This document shows positions 12,755 to 25,200 of a stretch of 64,000 bases of DNA, in pieces; position 1 is the first letter of the stretch, and each line of letters begins with the position of its first letter. A program made the translations under genes and the position numbers. Under the pieces are notes generated by a model. The model was given only the letters and a program-made list of their open reading frames with translations. It ran no database searches and was not told where the DNA came from. The DNA is from Azolla caroliniana (taxonomy: Eukaryota > Plantae > Polypodiophyta), in NCBI GenBank assembly GCA_043228905.1, contig JBHGNT010000012.1, forward strand, positions 496,001-560,000, read 5' to 3'.

Positions 12755-13070
12755 ATTCGAACACGTCAGCAATCAGGAGGGCCACGTCAGATGGGCACAG
12801 CAGGCGGGATCGATGACGTGGTATTCAGGAAGCCAATGGGGGCGCGACGCGTGGCTGTGGCGCGGGCCCAAGATATTTTGTCCGTTTATGCGAATCGAGG
12901 GGGTCCCACGAATAGGAGCCCGCCACGTGGCCGCGCGGCAGGCGGGGACCGCACGTTTCCCGCGGCCAGGAGCAGAGCACGGGGGGGGGGGCTAGGCAAA
13001 AGGCCGAGACCAATAGGTGCGCGCCACGTGGCGGAGCCGTTCGCCCCACACAGACGTGTTATATATATAC
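12755..13070 (+). promoter_or_regulatory. GC/CpG-rich promoter with ERSE, UPRE-like and G-box elements plus TATA
   Basis: CCAAT-N9-CCACG at 13010-13028; CGAAT-N9-CCACG at 12909-12927; TGACGTGG at 12814-12821 and reverse at 12782-12789; GCCACGTGGC at 12922-12931 and 13023-13032; ACGCGTGGC at 12847-12855; TATATATATA at ~13060. Confidence 0.75.
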
Positions 13071-13106
13071 ACGTATACGTATACGTATATTTCAGCGTAT
13101 TCCATG

Positions 13107-13108
<2 letters not shown>

Positions 13109-13156
<48 letters not shown>
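13109..13156. repeat. (CT)n microsatellite in the putative 5' UTR
   Basis: Directly visible. Confidence 0.95.
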
Positions 13157-13157
<1 letters not shown>

Positions 13158-13276
13158 GAGAGCCTCTGTTTTCTGCTTCTGTCTGTGTGTCTGTCTTCTT
13201 CTTCTTCTTCTTCGTTCTGAAGCAGGAATTCCTTCTCTGTTGTGTCTGTGAATTTTGTGCCTGTGGATCGGTAGCT

Positions 13277-13752
13277 ATGGCCGCCTTCGGGTCCTTTGCA
13301 GGGCTCGCATCGGCCGGCGTCGGCGCTCTGTGTAGCTACGAGGCCAACGCTCTCAACATGTTCGATTTCACCCCTCGCGCCCCATCCATGGACAGGTTCC
13401 ACCATGATCCAACCCCTGCTTCCGCTGCCCCCTCCGATATCTCTCGGGTAATTAATTAATTCCTCCGATCTGTTCTCTCTCTGTCTCTCTCAATCCGTCT
13501 CAATCCGTTTCTGCGTCTCTTTCTGTATCCCAACTCTTCCATTTGTTGTCACAAGACCCTCCTCCGTATCATTTATGATGATTAATCTCTCCTCTTTTTT
13601 AATCGTAACCCTAATTTACATCTGATTTCTCTCTGCAGGCTGGAGATGGCTTTAATCAGGCGAGGGAACAAGTGAGTAGTGGAGGAGGCGGGGCATCAGA
13701 GCATCCAGTCTCGATTCCTGCCCTTGATATTCTCACCATTTGGCCTTGTTAA
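13277..13752 (+). CDS. Small protein of unrecognised family, paralogue A (~94 aa; exons 13277-13447, 13639-13752)
   Basis: MAAFGSFAGLASAGVGALCSYEANALNMFDF...SDISR|AGDGFNQ...IPALDILTIWPC*; phase-0 GT..CTGCAG intron; N-terminus conserved with paralogue B. Confidence 0.75.
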
Positions 13753-14601
13753 TCAATCCCCTCACTGCAGACATCTTCATCACATGCCTTAGTTAGCCAC
13801 ACACCTTCACTAGCCTTTCTTTCTCTGCTTGAGGAGATCCCTTACTATTCCTCTAAATTAAGAAATCTCCTAGCACCCGTCTTAATTACTTCTCTTTATC
13901 TTGGTTAGAACTCTTAAACCGGTCTTAATTAGGTGAACCTTCTCAACCCCACTGTGATTAGACTTAATCCAATTTGACTAGATCTCGTAAATCCATCGTT
14001 GTTACTTCATTAGCCTTATTAGTGTTGGGGATGAATTAAAAAACCCTACAAAACCATATCGTTATACTTGTCATAACTCATTGCTTCGGATTCATTTTGA
14101 TCCAAATTCCTAATAATCTTGTTCATAAATGAAACCCACCAATTGATCCTACCTAGTCTGTGATCAATTTGGGTGATTTCTTTGAAGGAAGAGGTAAAAC
14201 AAGCCCCTTCAGATTAGCCAGTGTATTATATTTTTTGAAGTAATTTTATTTTGTTTGTCTATTACTTTCGATGGACTATGTAAATCAAACATTTGTGCAA
14301 CAAATCATGAAGTCCTTGTTCTTTGAAGGCATGCTCTTTTAAGGCTATGCTTCATATGTGTAGAAGCATAGCCTTTAAGGTTGTGCAGGGTGTTATGAAA
14401 ATGGAATTTGAATTACTGAGTGAGTGACCAATAAGACCCACAACCATAAAACTTCAATACCAGGTCTTGATTATATATACTTAGTGAAATCAATGGAATT
14501 CCTCCATGGAATGTTGCAAGCTTGGTTTGCAATTTGTTCATTTCTACAAGTAAAGTCGGTGAATTTCTCTTAGGGACAGTAAAGTTGAGTTCAATCTTTG
14601 A

Positions 14602-14676
14602 GTATGTATGTATGTATGTATGTATGTATGTATGTATGTATGTATGTATGTATGTATGTATGTATGTATGTATGTA
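14602..14676. repeat. (TATG)n microsatellite
   Basis: Directly visible. Confidence 0.95.
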
Positions 14677-16404
14677 TATGGTGAGCATATGGTAATCAAG
14701 GGTGTGGCATCCTCATGCAAGTATTATGAATGGGTTTCCCTAGTAGTTCTTCCTACAAAGGAATTAATCAAGTAAGTTTTCTCATCTTGAGCATGTCTAG
14801 TTTGGATGGAAAAGAATAGCAAGTCAATCACTTGTTCATTCAACGAGTTGTGCCTGAGATTGTTTGCTGGAGCTCTAGTAGACAATACATAATGCATATA
14901 CACAAGGTGTAAGGTCTCAAACAATTGAGGTCTATATAGAACTGTTTTAATTGTAAACCATGACCATGACATTGAAATGTGAATGTGCACATACACATTA
15001 GCCCTAGGTTTAATTGAAGAGCAATACTTTGATAAGTTCATGAGTTTGACCTAAATCCATTGAAATTGGGTCATACTGCAAAAGGCTTCTCTAGGGGTCA
15101 AGCGAGTAGTGTGGAAATAAACTTAACATTTACTTGTACAATGAACCTCTGTTTCCAATTTATTGATCATCATCATCATCATGTTGAAAGCAATTTTATT
15201 AACACAATTGGTCATGGGTTCCTCATGAATTGGAGCAACCCCCTTGGAGGAAAAATATGAGAATTGAGGGCACCATGGATTGAATTATTGACACAAAGCT
15301 AATATGAAATCATAGGATGGTAAAAGTTGTTTTACCAAATCATAGAGTTCCCCCCCCCCCCCCCCCCCCCCCCTCATTATTCATTACCAATGCTAGAAAA
15401 TGCTTGTAGCGTAAATGGTCCACCAATGTTGACAAAGTATATGGTTCCCACAAGTTTGCCTCAAAACATATATTGGAAATTTGCCTAATTTTATTGTGCA
15501 CACAATATTATTGTGGTGTCATAATGGGGTGGGTGCATGTTCTATAGCCTATACATTATTCCACATACATATTTCTTTACCTTATAATTTGAAGGTGAAG
15601 GCAAACATGGTTGTAAAGGCAAAAAGGTCCTAACTTTAGGTAAAGCAAGATTATTATGCTTTTCTTTGGCTTGGACTTGAGATAGGGATCTCTCTTTTGT
15701 GGCAACAAGATTTTATTGGAGAATGAATGATATATAATATAATGATGGCGTGCTTATTTATTTGTTTTTGCTGTTAATGGGATCGCAGAAACTTTGATCT
15801 TTACGTTTGCTTTGGTTTGAATATACAAAAACGCTTGATAAGCGAAAAAGGAATTGTATAAAGTTTGGTCTTAAATATCTTAATATTTCCATTTGATACA
15901 AGTGTATATTGATCTATAATGCTATTTGTTGTGATTGACATGCTATTTGTTTGATTTTATCATTGTTGATTACTGTGGAATGATGCTAAAGCACATGGCG
16001 AGTTCCCATGTTTTTAATCAATCCTAAATGACCTCCCTCTACTACCCGACAAAATAATTGTTGTGAGTGGGAATCACACCACAAAATCTACTTTAGGCTT
16101 TTCAGATTCCCTCCATGCTTCTTGATACGAGGATGGCATCTTTTGTAATATGCTAGTTTGCGATGCAATCGTACATTCTTCTTAATATTCATTATTGAGT
16201 TCCAATCATACCATGCATTTTTTTTTAAGATACCATTGTAATTCATAGACCATCTATCATTCCGTGGTTAGTTCAATTTCTCATCAATCGAATTGACCAG
16301 TGACTTGATTGTAATTTGCGGTCTATGTGTGAGAGATGTAGAGAGAGCAAGTAGGTTCTCAATTTGTATTTTGAAACTCATATTCTCTTTGCCACTAAAT
16401 AACA

Positions 16405-16700
16405 ATGCTTATATTACAATCGAGAACCCTCATTATGTGCTTGCTCATGAGTGAACATATTGGTTATGGTTTCTTTGAAACATGTGTCTATATGCTAATG
16501 GCCAATGCCACACTCGTAGATGGTAGATCCTTTTGTCGTAGAGGACACATGTTATGTTGTGCTCATGGTCTTCAAATGTTGGTTATGGGTATTTTACAAT
16601 ATTTTACATATATTCCCCAAAAGTTTCAAGTAGACTTCAAGAGAAATATAGCAACTAAGAAACACGGGCATGCAAAACATCATGATATCACATAATATTT
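16405..16700 (+). mobile_element. Possible highly degenerate hAT transposase remnant
   Basis: GHMLCCAHGLQMLV resembles the hAT CxAHxLNLxV motif, preceded by LLMSEHIG (cf. EHTG); weak match. Confidence 0.3.
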
Positions 16701-18072
16701 ATCGATTCAAACATTAGTCTCGCCCTCGGATCAGCCCTATGTAAAACACTTACATACATCGTTGACAAAAACATGAACATGGCTTATATATTTATATGAA
16801 AGAAGGATTTGACTAATGAAGATGTGTAATGCATCTTACTCAACATTTACGTTTTATGCATAATATATTCTCAAAATGTCATCTCAAACAAGTTTTATCT
16901 TTGAAAATACCACAATGGAAATTGATGAAGAAAGAAGCTTTTTAGGGCATGGGACCTTCTGGTGAAATGTTGCTTGTGTATTATTACTCAGATGATTGTT
17001 GGATAAGTATCCAAAACTAGTTTTATACAACTTGCCACACAAGTCAAAAGCATGTCGTGGATATGTTTGATAGGAGGGAGCAAAGAAAATTGGTTGGCAC
17101 AAATTTCGCTTGGCCACAAAAAGAAATGCAACAAGATTCAAAGTTGTATACTTGGAAATTGACTTTGAGCTAACCAACTAGAATGTTTTTGAGTTGAATT
17201 GTTATAACACCATATTTGAAACTAGTTACACATGCTAAGGTGTGAATTCAACATAAGGCTACTCATCATTCCGATGGCAAAGTTTCAAAAAGTCATACCA
17301 TCCACATGCCATGTTTCGTCATGTGAGTTTGCATGTCATTCTCGACGTTTCCTATAGGTGATGTAAGCTGTTACAAAAGAAAGAAAAGCTAGCATCGTCA
17401 CCACCTTTTATGCTTGGTTTGGTAAAAGAAAAAACATCTGAGTAAAATGAGCTTAGGATTTTTGTTGTGATAAGGGCCTTTACTTTGAAAAGTTGATGAG
17501 TGCAATAAAGCTTTGCGACCTAGTTAGTCTCAAACAATCTAGCATGTTTACCTAGTCTGGAACAATCCATCTGTCTTTACGTAGTCCCAAACGACCCTCA
17601 TCCCGCGTCCATTAGTTTTTTCGATAACATCTACCATCAAACCACCTGTGTAAGCTCTCTTCAAGAGTACTACCACGCAAAACAACCAAGCGGCTCTGAT
17701 GGGAAAAGACCCCTACACTCTGAAAGGCGTGTTGAGGAGATCGGAGTTGAAGATGAGACTCGAGACTTCATGCGGGGAACTCTTTGGCAATGGAAATGTG
17801 TTCATCGGAGTTGAAGATGTGGTCTCGAACAAGAGACCTACGCGCTGAAAAGCGTGTTTAGGAGATCGGATCGGATCGAAGGCCGATTGGATTGAAGGTT
17901 TAGGAGTCGGGAGAGACTATTGATTTGTGAAAGGAACCGTACGAAATGTGGCTCCTCCTCGAGAGCCCTAATAAAGATTGATGTGTTGGGTGTGTACTTT
18001 CTTAAGAAACAAAGTTGAAACAAACAGCCTACAAATTTGTGTGAGATAATTGTGTTAACAAGCAAGCAAGTG

Positions 18073-18110
<38 letters not shown>

Positions 18111-18455
18111 AAATCCATGACCTGGATTTTGTTTGGGTTTGTATGAGGTGTTCTTCTTTTTCTGGGTCAAGTTGGAAAGACCAATTACACAGAAGGAAGG
18201 GAAAAAGGCATGAAAATTATACTTGGAAAGTTTCTATAAAACCAGTCCTTCACTCTCTGAGCAATTATTTGCATTAAGTAATTCTTCATCTTCATCTTCA
18301 TCTTCATCTTCATCTTCAATCCTTCATATTCTTCTTCTTCTTCTTCAATCCTTCCTTCATCTATTACAGACAAAGATTCATCCCCAACCATCAGGCTACA
18401 ATTGATTGATTTTGACATTTAAAAGACAGACAGAGAGCTAGAGAGAATTATTTCC

Positions 18456-19374
18456 ATGGCGGCTTTCGGATCGTTTGCAGGCTTGGCTACTGCAGGCATC
18501 GGTGCTCTCTGCTCCCATGAAGTGAATGCCCTCCACATGTTCGATCTCGGTCGCACTGCTGTTTCTTGTGCCTCTTCTTCTTCTTCTTCTTCTTCTTCCA
18601 ACATGAACGTGGCTATAGTCGATGTATTCTGCCATGGTGTCGATCCATGCCAGGTTTGTCAAATCACCTGACCCTATTCATATAAGCTCTAATCCTAATT
18701 GTACTTTTTTATTCTAAACCCTAGCCTTCAATCGATACTTTTTAACCTAACCTAGGGCTATCCCTATTCATAACCCGAACCTACATTAAATCATAACCCT
18801 AATCATGATTCTACCTTAATCATAATCCTAACTCTGCTATATCCTTATCCCTAATCATATGCCAAATGCCTTGGCCGTAAGCCTAAGCCTAATCCTATAT
18901 GTGGTATTATAATCCCGACCATATCCCCAATCGTACTATTATGGACCCTACCGAACCCTAACTGTAGTCTTTATCCGATTCCAAAATTGTGAATCTTCTA
19001 ATCATAGAGCTAGCTCTAATGGCTAATTATTGAGCCGGTCCAAACCTAGTGTTTTTGTGGTGTAGCTACATGTTCCCCTTCATTATCCCTAACCCTTACT
19101 CTAAACCTAAACCCTTAACACTAATCCTAATCCCATTGGCCCCAAATCTAGCCTTTCTAATGCTCTTTTTCTAATGCTGATCTTAATCCCATTGAATCTG
19201 TGTTTGTGTCTATTTCTAATTTCTTATACTATTACTTGATGCTAAAGACCGTCTCTGTTTGTGCATATGCAGGTGCTTTCTTGTCAAGCATCGGAAGGGG
19301 AAAATAACATCCTCGATAAATTGATGAAGACTTATGGACACTCCGATCTTCGTGTTCTCTCGTACTCGCCCTGA
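18456..19374 (+). CDS. Small protein of unrecognised family, paralogue B (~99 aa; exons 18456-18653, 19273-19374)
   Basis: MAAFGSFAGLATAGIGALCSHEVNALHMFDL...GVDPCQ|VLSCQASE...HSDLRVLSYSP*; phase-0 intron CAG|GTTTG..ATGCAG|GT; TATAAA at ~18235. Confidence 0.75.
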
Positions 19375-19589
19375 TACAAGAATTAAGTTCTGTCACTCTG
19401 TCTGTGTCTCTTCTGTTGATGGGGTGTAGAATCGGACTGAACTACTCTTTTAAGTTTTGATCTTTTGTTTTTGAGAACATGGATTGCTTTTCTCTTTGTT
19501 TTCTTATTCTTCCTTCCCAATTGGAAGACGGTTGTTAGGAGACATTTTTCCCCCAAAGCTTGAGTTTTCTTTTTTCTTCTTCTTTAATT

Positions 19590-19990
19590 GAGTATAGTCA
19601 TTGTTCTACTTGTTTGGGCATAGCCATTGATCTACTTGCTTTGAGTCTTTATGGATATGATAGGCAATTAATAATGATGGTTCGCTCATATATTTCTTAT
19701 ATGAATCAATTCCAACAAACCTGAATCAATTCCAAAAAGGTTTGTTGGAAATCCTTAATTATAATGAAATCTGGATTTATATCTAGGTTTGTGAATAGAG
19801 ACGTTTCTTGTAATTAATCGAGTATAGCCATGATTGTTCAGACTTGCTTAGAGTCCTTATGAATATGATGCAAATAATGATATGATGGTTTTCTCATATA
19901 TATATATATATTTGTTACATGAATCAATTCCAAAGAGGTTTGTTGGAAATTCTTAATAGAAAATTCTGGATTTATATCTAGGTTTGTGAA
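19590..19990. repeat. Imperfect ~200-bp tandem duplication downstream of paralogue B
   Basis: GAGTATAG...GAATCAATTCCAA...GGTTTGTTGGAAAT...CTGGATTTATATCTAGGTTTGTGAA at 19590-19795 and 19820-19990. Confidence 0.85.
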
Positions 19991-21542
19991 GTGTGTTTTG
20001 TCAGCATATTGTTGTATTTGGAATTTATTCTCATTTTATGGTAAATTCCCATTTCATGGAGTATTTTTTTAACAGCAAATTGCATTTCTATGGAGAAGCA
20101 CAAACATCAAATTTATGCAAATTGTTATCCACTTCAGGTTGAATAAAAAGAGTGTTAGATCTGTAATGTGTGTAAGATTGTCTATCTATCATGTGTATAA
20201 GATTGTCTATCTGTCATATGGTTCCAAGACTATCTATCATATAGTTCTGATATCATTTCATACAAGTTTAAACCATGTTTCCAAGATACTCCTGTGTTTT
20301 TGGGGTCCAATTGTCTTCTACCTTCTACCTACACCCCTTGACATTGGTGGATCGTATGAGCGAGGGAGAGACAGTGCTCGATTACCCAATTAAAATTCTG
20401 TACATTGCAAATGCCTACAATTAATTACTTGAGAGACAATTTAAGTTTCATCCGAGTATGGATCACTTCATAGACACATCCACAACATGACAATTGGGTC
20501 ATATTCCTTGATGAAGGACGAAAACTAAACAGACTTTGATCATTTCGTTCTCACTTTTGGGGAAGTGATGTTAGGGTACAAATGTTGTCAATGCTTCAAA
20601 CCACATAATCATTTCAATACTCTCAAAAGAATTGAGTAGAAAGCTTGATTCAATAAATGATCCACAAGGTTCATTGAGTATTGATTACTGAATCAGACAC
20701 ATCCACAATGTTAAATGCGATTTATTCACTGATATAATTCCATATGAATGTACTTACACTGTAGTCTTCACTTTTATTCACCAATATAATTCCATATGAA
20801 TGTAGTTAGTAGTCTCCACTTTGGTAAAATTAAAATATGTTTTCTATTCACCTCAATTGATTCAAATGCCTCTTATGTTTTCTTTGCACATTTTCACCTA
20901 AATGTCCCTTACTGTTCATTCTTTTCCCAAGAAGCACCTTATTCAACCCTCTCTCAGTCAATTCTATGATTAATTCGCGTCTTTCAGTGTTGATCATGGG
21001 CCTCTACTGAAAATAAACGAAGACTTAAGAGCATCATCATAGTCACAATGATGCAATGAAGGCCTTCCATTTGTCAATCCCAAACAAAGCAAAGAAAATG
21101 TCAGAACCTAGAAAAGGACAACACTAGTTTCGCAATTGTAATTAAAACAATGTTTGACAAAAGAAACAAATAGGAGTTTTTAGCCCAATTGATGGTTATG
21201 CTCACATGTTTAGGGTTTAAATACCTAAACCCTAGACCAATTTTGAATGCCTCCAAAAGATATGATACATGTTAAGGAAAATAAATTGGGATATATATGT
21301 TGAGATGACTGTTATTTTCTTTTGCTCACAGATTGCATAATTATAGTTGATAATCGTGATGTAAATTTTATGCATTTGTAAATTCTATCATTACAAAGGA
21401 AATAACTCATGCCAATTCTGTAAATTTCTTCTAGTCAATCGATAGTAGTGCTTCTTTTCCATGAATAAATCAATTTGATGAAGTGCATGCATCATAGCAA
21501 ATGCTTTTAGAATGGTTAAAATGCACAAAATTTGTTAAAAAC

Positions 21543-21855
21543 TAGGAATGGGCAACGGTTCGGTTTCAGCTTAGCCAGTTTGGCTTTGTACAGACCAAAC
21601 CGGTTAAGTCTAAACCAATTTGGGAGTTTCCAAACCTGAAACATACCGGTTTAGCCAAGCTGATTAAGCCTTAAGCGGCTCGGTAACCGGTTTGGCCGAA
21701 ATCTGTCTAGTTCAACTTGAGCCATCCCAAACCGAGCTCAAACCAGTTAAGGAAGCTCAACCCTAACCTGAACCGAACCGAACCGAACCGCCAAACCTTC
21801 TAAAAACTGTTTAACGGTTTGGTTTAGGCTTGAGCCAAGCCATTGCCAACTCCTA
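21543..21855. mobile_element. hAT-type MITE
   Basis: Imperfect TIRs TAGGAATGGGCAACGG / CCATTGCCAACTCCTA; internal AACCG/CGGTT repeats; degenerate 8-bp TSD TTAAAAAC / TTAGAAAT. Confidence 0.8.
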
Positions 21856-22275
21856 TTAGAAATTATTCATTTTGAGCAATTAAAGTTGGACAAGAAGGGA
21901 TAGTAAATGTTGGTAATACGCTATAAAAATCATATTCCTGTGTGAACAAGGAATTGCATATGTACCATTAACTATAATGGATGGAAGAGAATAGTATGTG
22001 AAGGGTGGGTTGGTGCAAAAAGCCATGGAGATATAAGCTAACAGCTAACACAAAAAGATTGAAAAAGGGTGAATAGAAAGTGTGATGGTAGGTAAAATAT
22101 TATGATCTTGCTTTGGATTGAACCAACAAACACTCTGATGGATTCACTTTATCCGAGGTTGTAAACACTACCAACTATTGAATTTTCAAGGGTATATATA
22201 ACCATAAGCACACAAACACATTGAGATAAGTTCTTTGTCATTAACTTCGTCAACCCCTTAACTTAATTGGTGCTC

Positions 22276-25200
22276 ATGGGTTCCTCTCATCATGACATAC
22301 TCTTCCTTTTCTTCCCCCTAATGTTCCTCCTAGTACCAATTTCTCCCATGATTCATGCCAACCCAAGTCTTCCTTCCCCAAATAAGGATGGGCATAGCTT
22401 TGATTTCCATGTCTCTCTCTCTCTCTCCCCCCCCTACATTTATAATGCATGTATAATTATTAACAATATGTATATGTATTTATAAGTATTTAAAAAATAT
22501 GTGCATGTATTTATAATGCATTAAAAAATGAATGCATGTAGTTATAATGTATTAAAAGGTATGTATACTATATCAACAAACGTTCGCATGTATTTATACA
22601 TGTATTTGTGTATGTATGCATGTGTATATGTCATTGTATTTTTTTTATGTATCTATGTATCTATGTATCTATGTATCTATGTAATTTAAGTTTGTCACTC
22701 TTTTATTTAGAAAGTATTAATCCCAAAAGCTAAATAACACTCATTTATTAACTCACATATGTCTTTTATTAACTTAACTCAATTACATTATTGATCTAGG
22801 TAGCTTATCGAATCAATTTTGGTTTTAGCTCACTATGATGTACATTCGAATAATATATATGTCTATTAACATATGGTGTCTCTTAACTAATAATGTATTT
22901 TGAACTTATCACATAGGTTAAGTATACCACCTTCACTCGCCTTTGCCATATTAAACGCATAGCGACAGTCAACGATCAATTTCCAGGGCCCTCTATATTT
23001 GTACATGAAGGAGATCGAGTGCTTATCAATGTGACTAACGAGCTACCTGATAAGAACATTACAATTCATTGGTAATGATGTCACAATCTTAACAAGCCAA
23101 ATCATTAAACCTCATTTCTGCATTGAGTTATTGGCAATCAATTTTCTTTGGATCTTGATTGCAATAAAACGTTTATAGGCATGGCGTGCGTCAACTACGA
23201 TCAGCATGGTTCGATGGCCCAGCATATATCACACAATGCCCCATTCAACCTGGCCAAAGTTATCTCTATAACTTCACAATCACAGGTCAACGCGGTACAC
23301 TTTTTTGGCATGCACATATTTCTTGGATGCGCTCTACAGTGCATGGTGCATTCATCATCCGACCAAAACCACATCACAATTACCCTTTCCCAACTCCCAT
23401 AGCAGAGATACCTATTGTTCTTGGTATGAAACAATTTGAATATCATTCCCAATTTCAATTTTTAACGGGAAAATATGTGATACGCCTTTATTTCCCCAAA
23501 TGCCCCCAAACTTCTCATTATTTCACTAAACGCCCTTGGGCATCCCTAAAAGAGACAAAAGGAGGGATGAATAGCCTCTATAATTCGGAAAGTGGGCAAA
23601 TTGATCATCTAACCTCTTACAATTGCTCTTTTAGGAGTGGACCAAGGGCATTTTGGGAGATAACGAAAACTTAGGGGCATTTAGGAGATGAGAAAAACCA
23701 CTTAGATATTTTCTCTAAATTTGAATGTATTACTACAACTTACTAATGACTATCACATGATGCAATATCAACACATGCATTGAAATTCTAGGTGAGTGGT
23801 GGAATGCTAGCACAGAAGGTGTGATAAAAGAAGCTCTCCTTTCGGGAGGGGGGCCTAATATTTCAGATGCATATACTATCAATGGGAAGCCTGGACCCCT
23901 TTACAAATGCTCAAAAAAAGGTACTGAATGACTTGATTGAAATGAAGTACAACATACATAGATAAGCAAATTTATAAAGCACATTGCATTGTTCTTTACC
24001 TTATATTAAACCTTCATTCATGGCTCCCTTGGTACTAATGAGTTTCCCATCAAAACACATGTCAAACAGATACTTTCAAGATCCACGTGGAACAAAACCA
24101 AACCTACATGCTACGAATCGTGAATGCGGCCCTCAATGATGAGCTCTTCGTGAGTGTGGCCAACCATACGTTGACCGTGGTTGAGGTCGATGCCACCTAC
24201 ACAAAACCCTTCTCCACGGACACCATTCTCATAACACCAGGTCAAACTACCAATGTTCTCCTCACAACAAATCAACCCAAGGGAATATATGCATTAGCTG
24301 TGAGGGCCTACAATTCCGCGGGCCCTAATGTGCCATTCGATAATACCACATCAATCGCAATAGTCAAGTATGCGGAACACCCTAAACCAACCAAGTTGAA
24401 ACTTCCTTCATTACCGTCCTATAACGATACAAGCTTGGCTAACAAGTTTAGTGCAAGCTTGAAAAGCCTCAACTCCAAAGAGTTCCCCGCTCGTGTACCA
24501 AAGACAATCGATCGTAATTTATTGTTCACGGTGGGTCTTGCTAGGAAACCTTGTCCTCGTGGGCATGTATGCCAAGGACCTTCAGGCGGCATGTTCGGAG
24601 CTTCCATGAATAATATTTCATTTAGCCTTCCTAAGAAGTCATTACTCCAATCATTCTTCATGAACTCTAGATCCACAATGCTTAATGCCAATAAAAACAA
24701 GGGTGAAAAACCCATGTTCCCTACTAACTTCCCGGACATGCCCACAATAGCCTTCAATTTCACGGGCACACAACCTAAGAATCTTACTCCGAAAAGAGGC
24801 ACTCGATTATCGTGGCTAGCGTACAACTCGACTGTGCAATTAATCTTACAAGGTACGAGCATTCTCGGCACGGAGAGCCATCCAATCCATCTCCATGGGT
24901 TCAACTTCTTTGTGGTTGGCCAAGGTTCGGGAAATTATAACAATAAAAAGGACCCTGCTCTATTCAATCTTGTGGATCCTCAAGAACGAAACACGATCAA
25001 TGTTCCCAAGGGGGGATGGGTGGCTTTGCGATTTCGAGCGGACAACCCAGGTGAGAGCAATACAATACAATGAATGTCTTTGCAATTGCTCACATAGCCC
25101 AACCCAAGTTATGTACATTCTCTGACAAATCATGTTGATTCTAACATGTTTTCATGGATATGTGTTACATTTAGGTGTTTGGTTCATGCATTGTCACTTA

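Noticed and set aside
12791-13405. GC-rich overlapping ORFs of 122 and 137 aa
   Set aside because: They span promoter motifs and a (CT)n tract or are antisense to paralogue A; no independent coding signal
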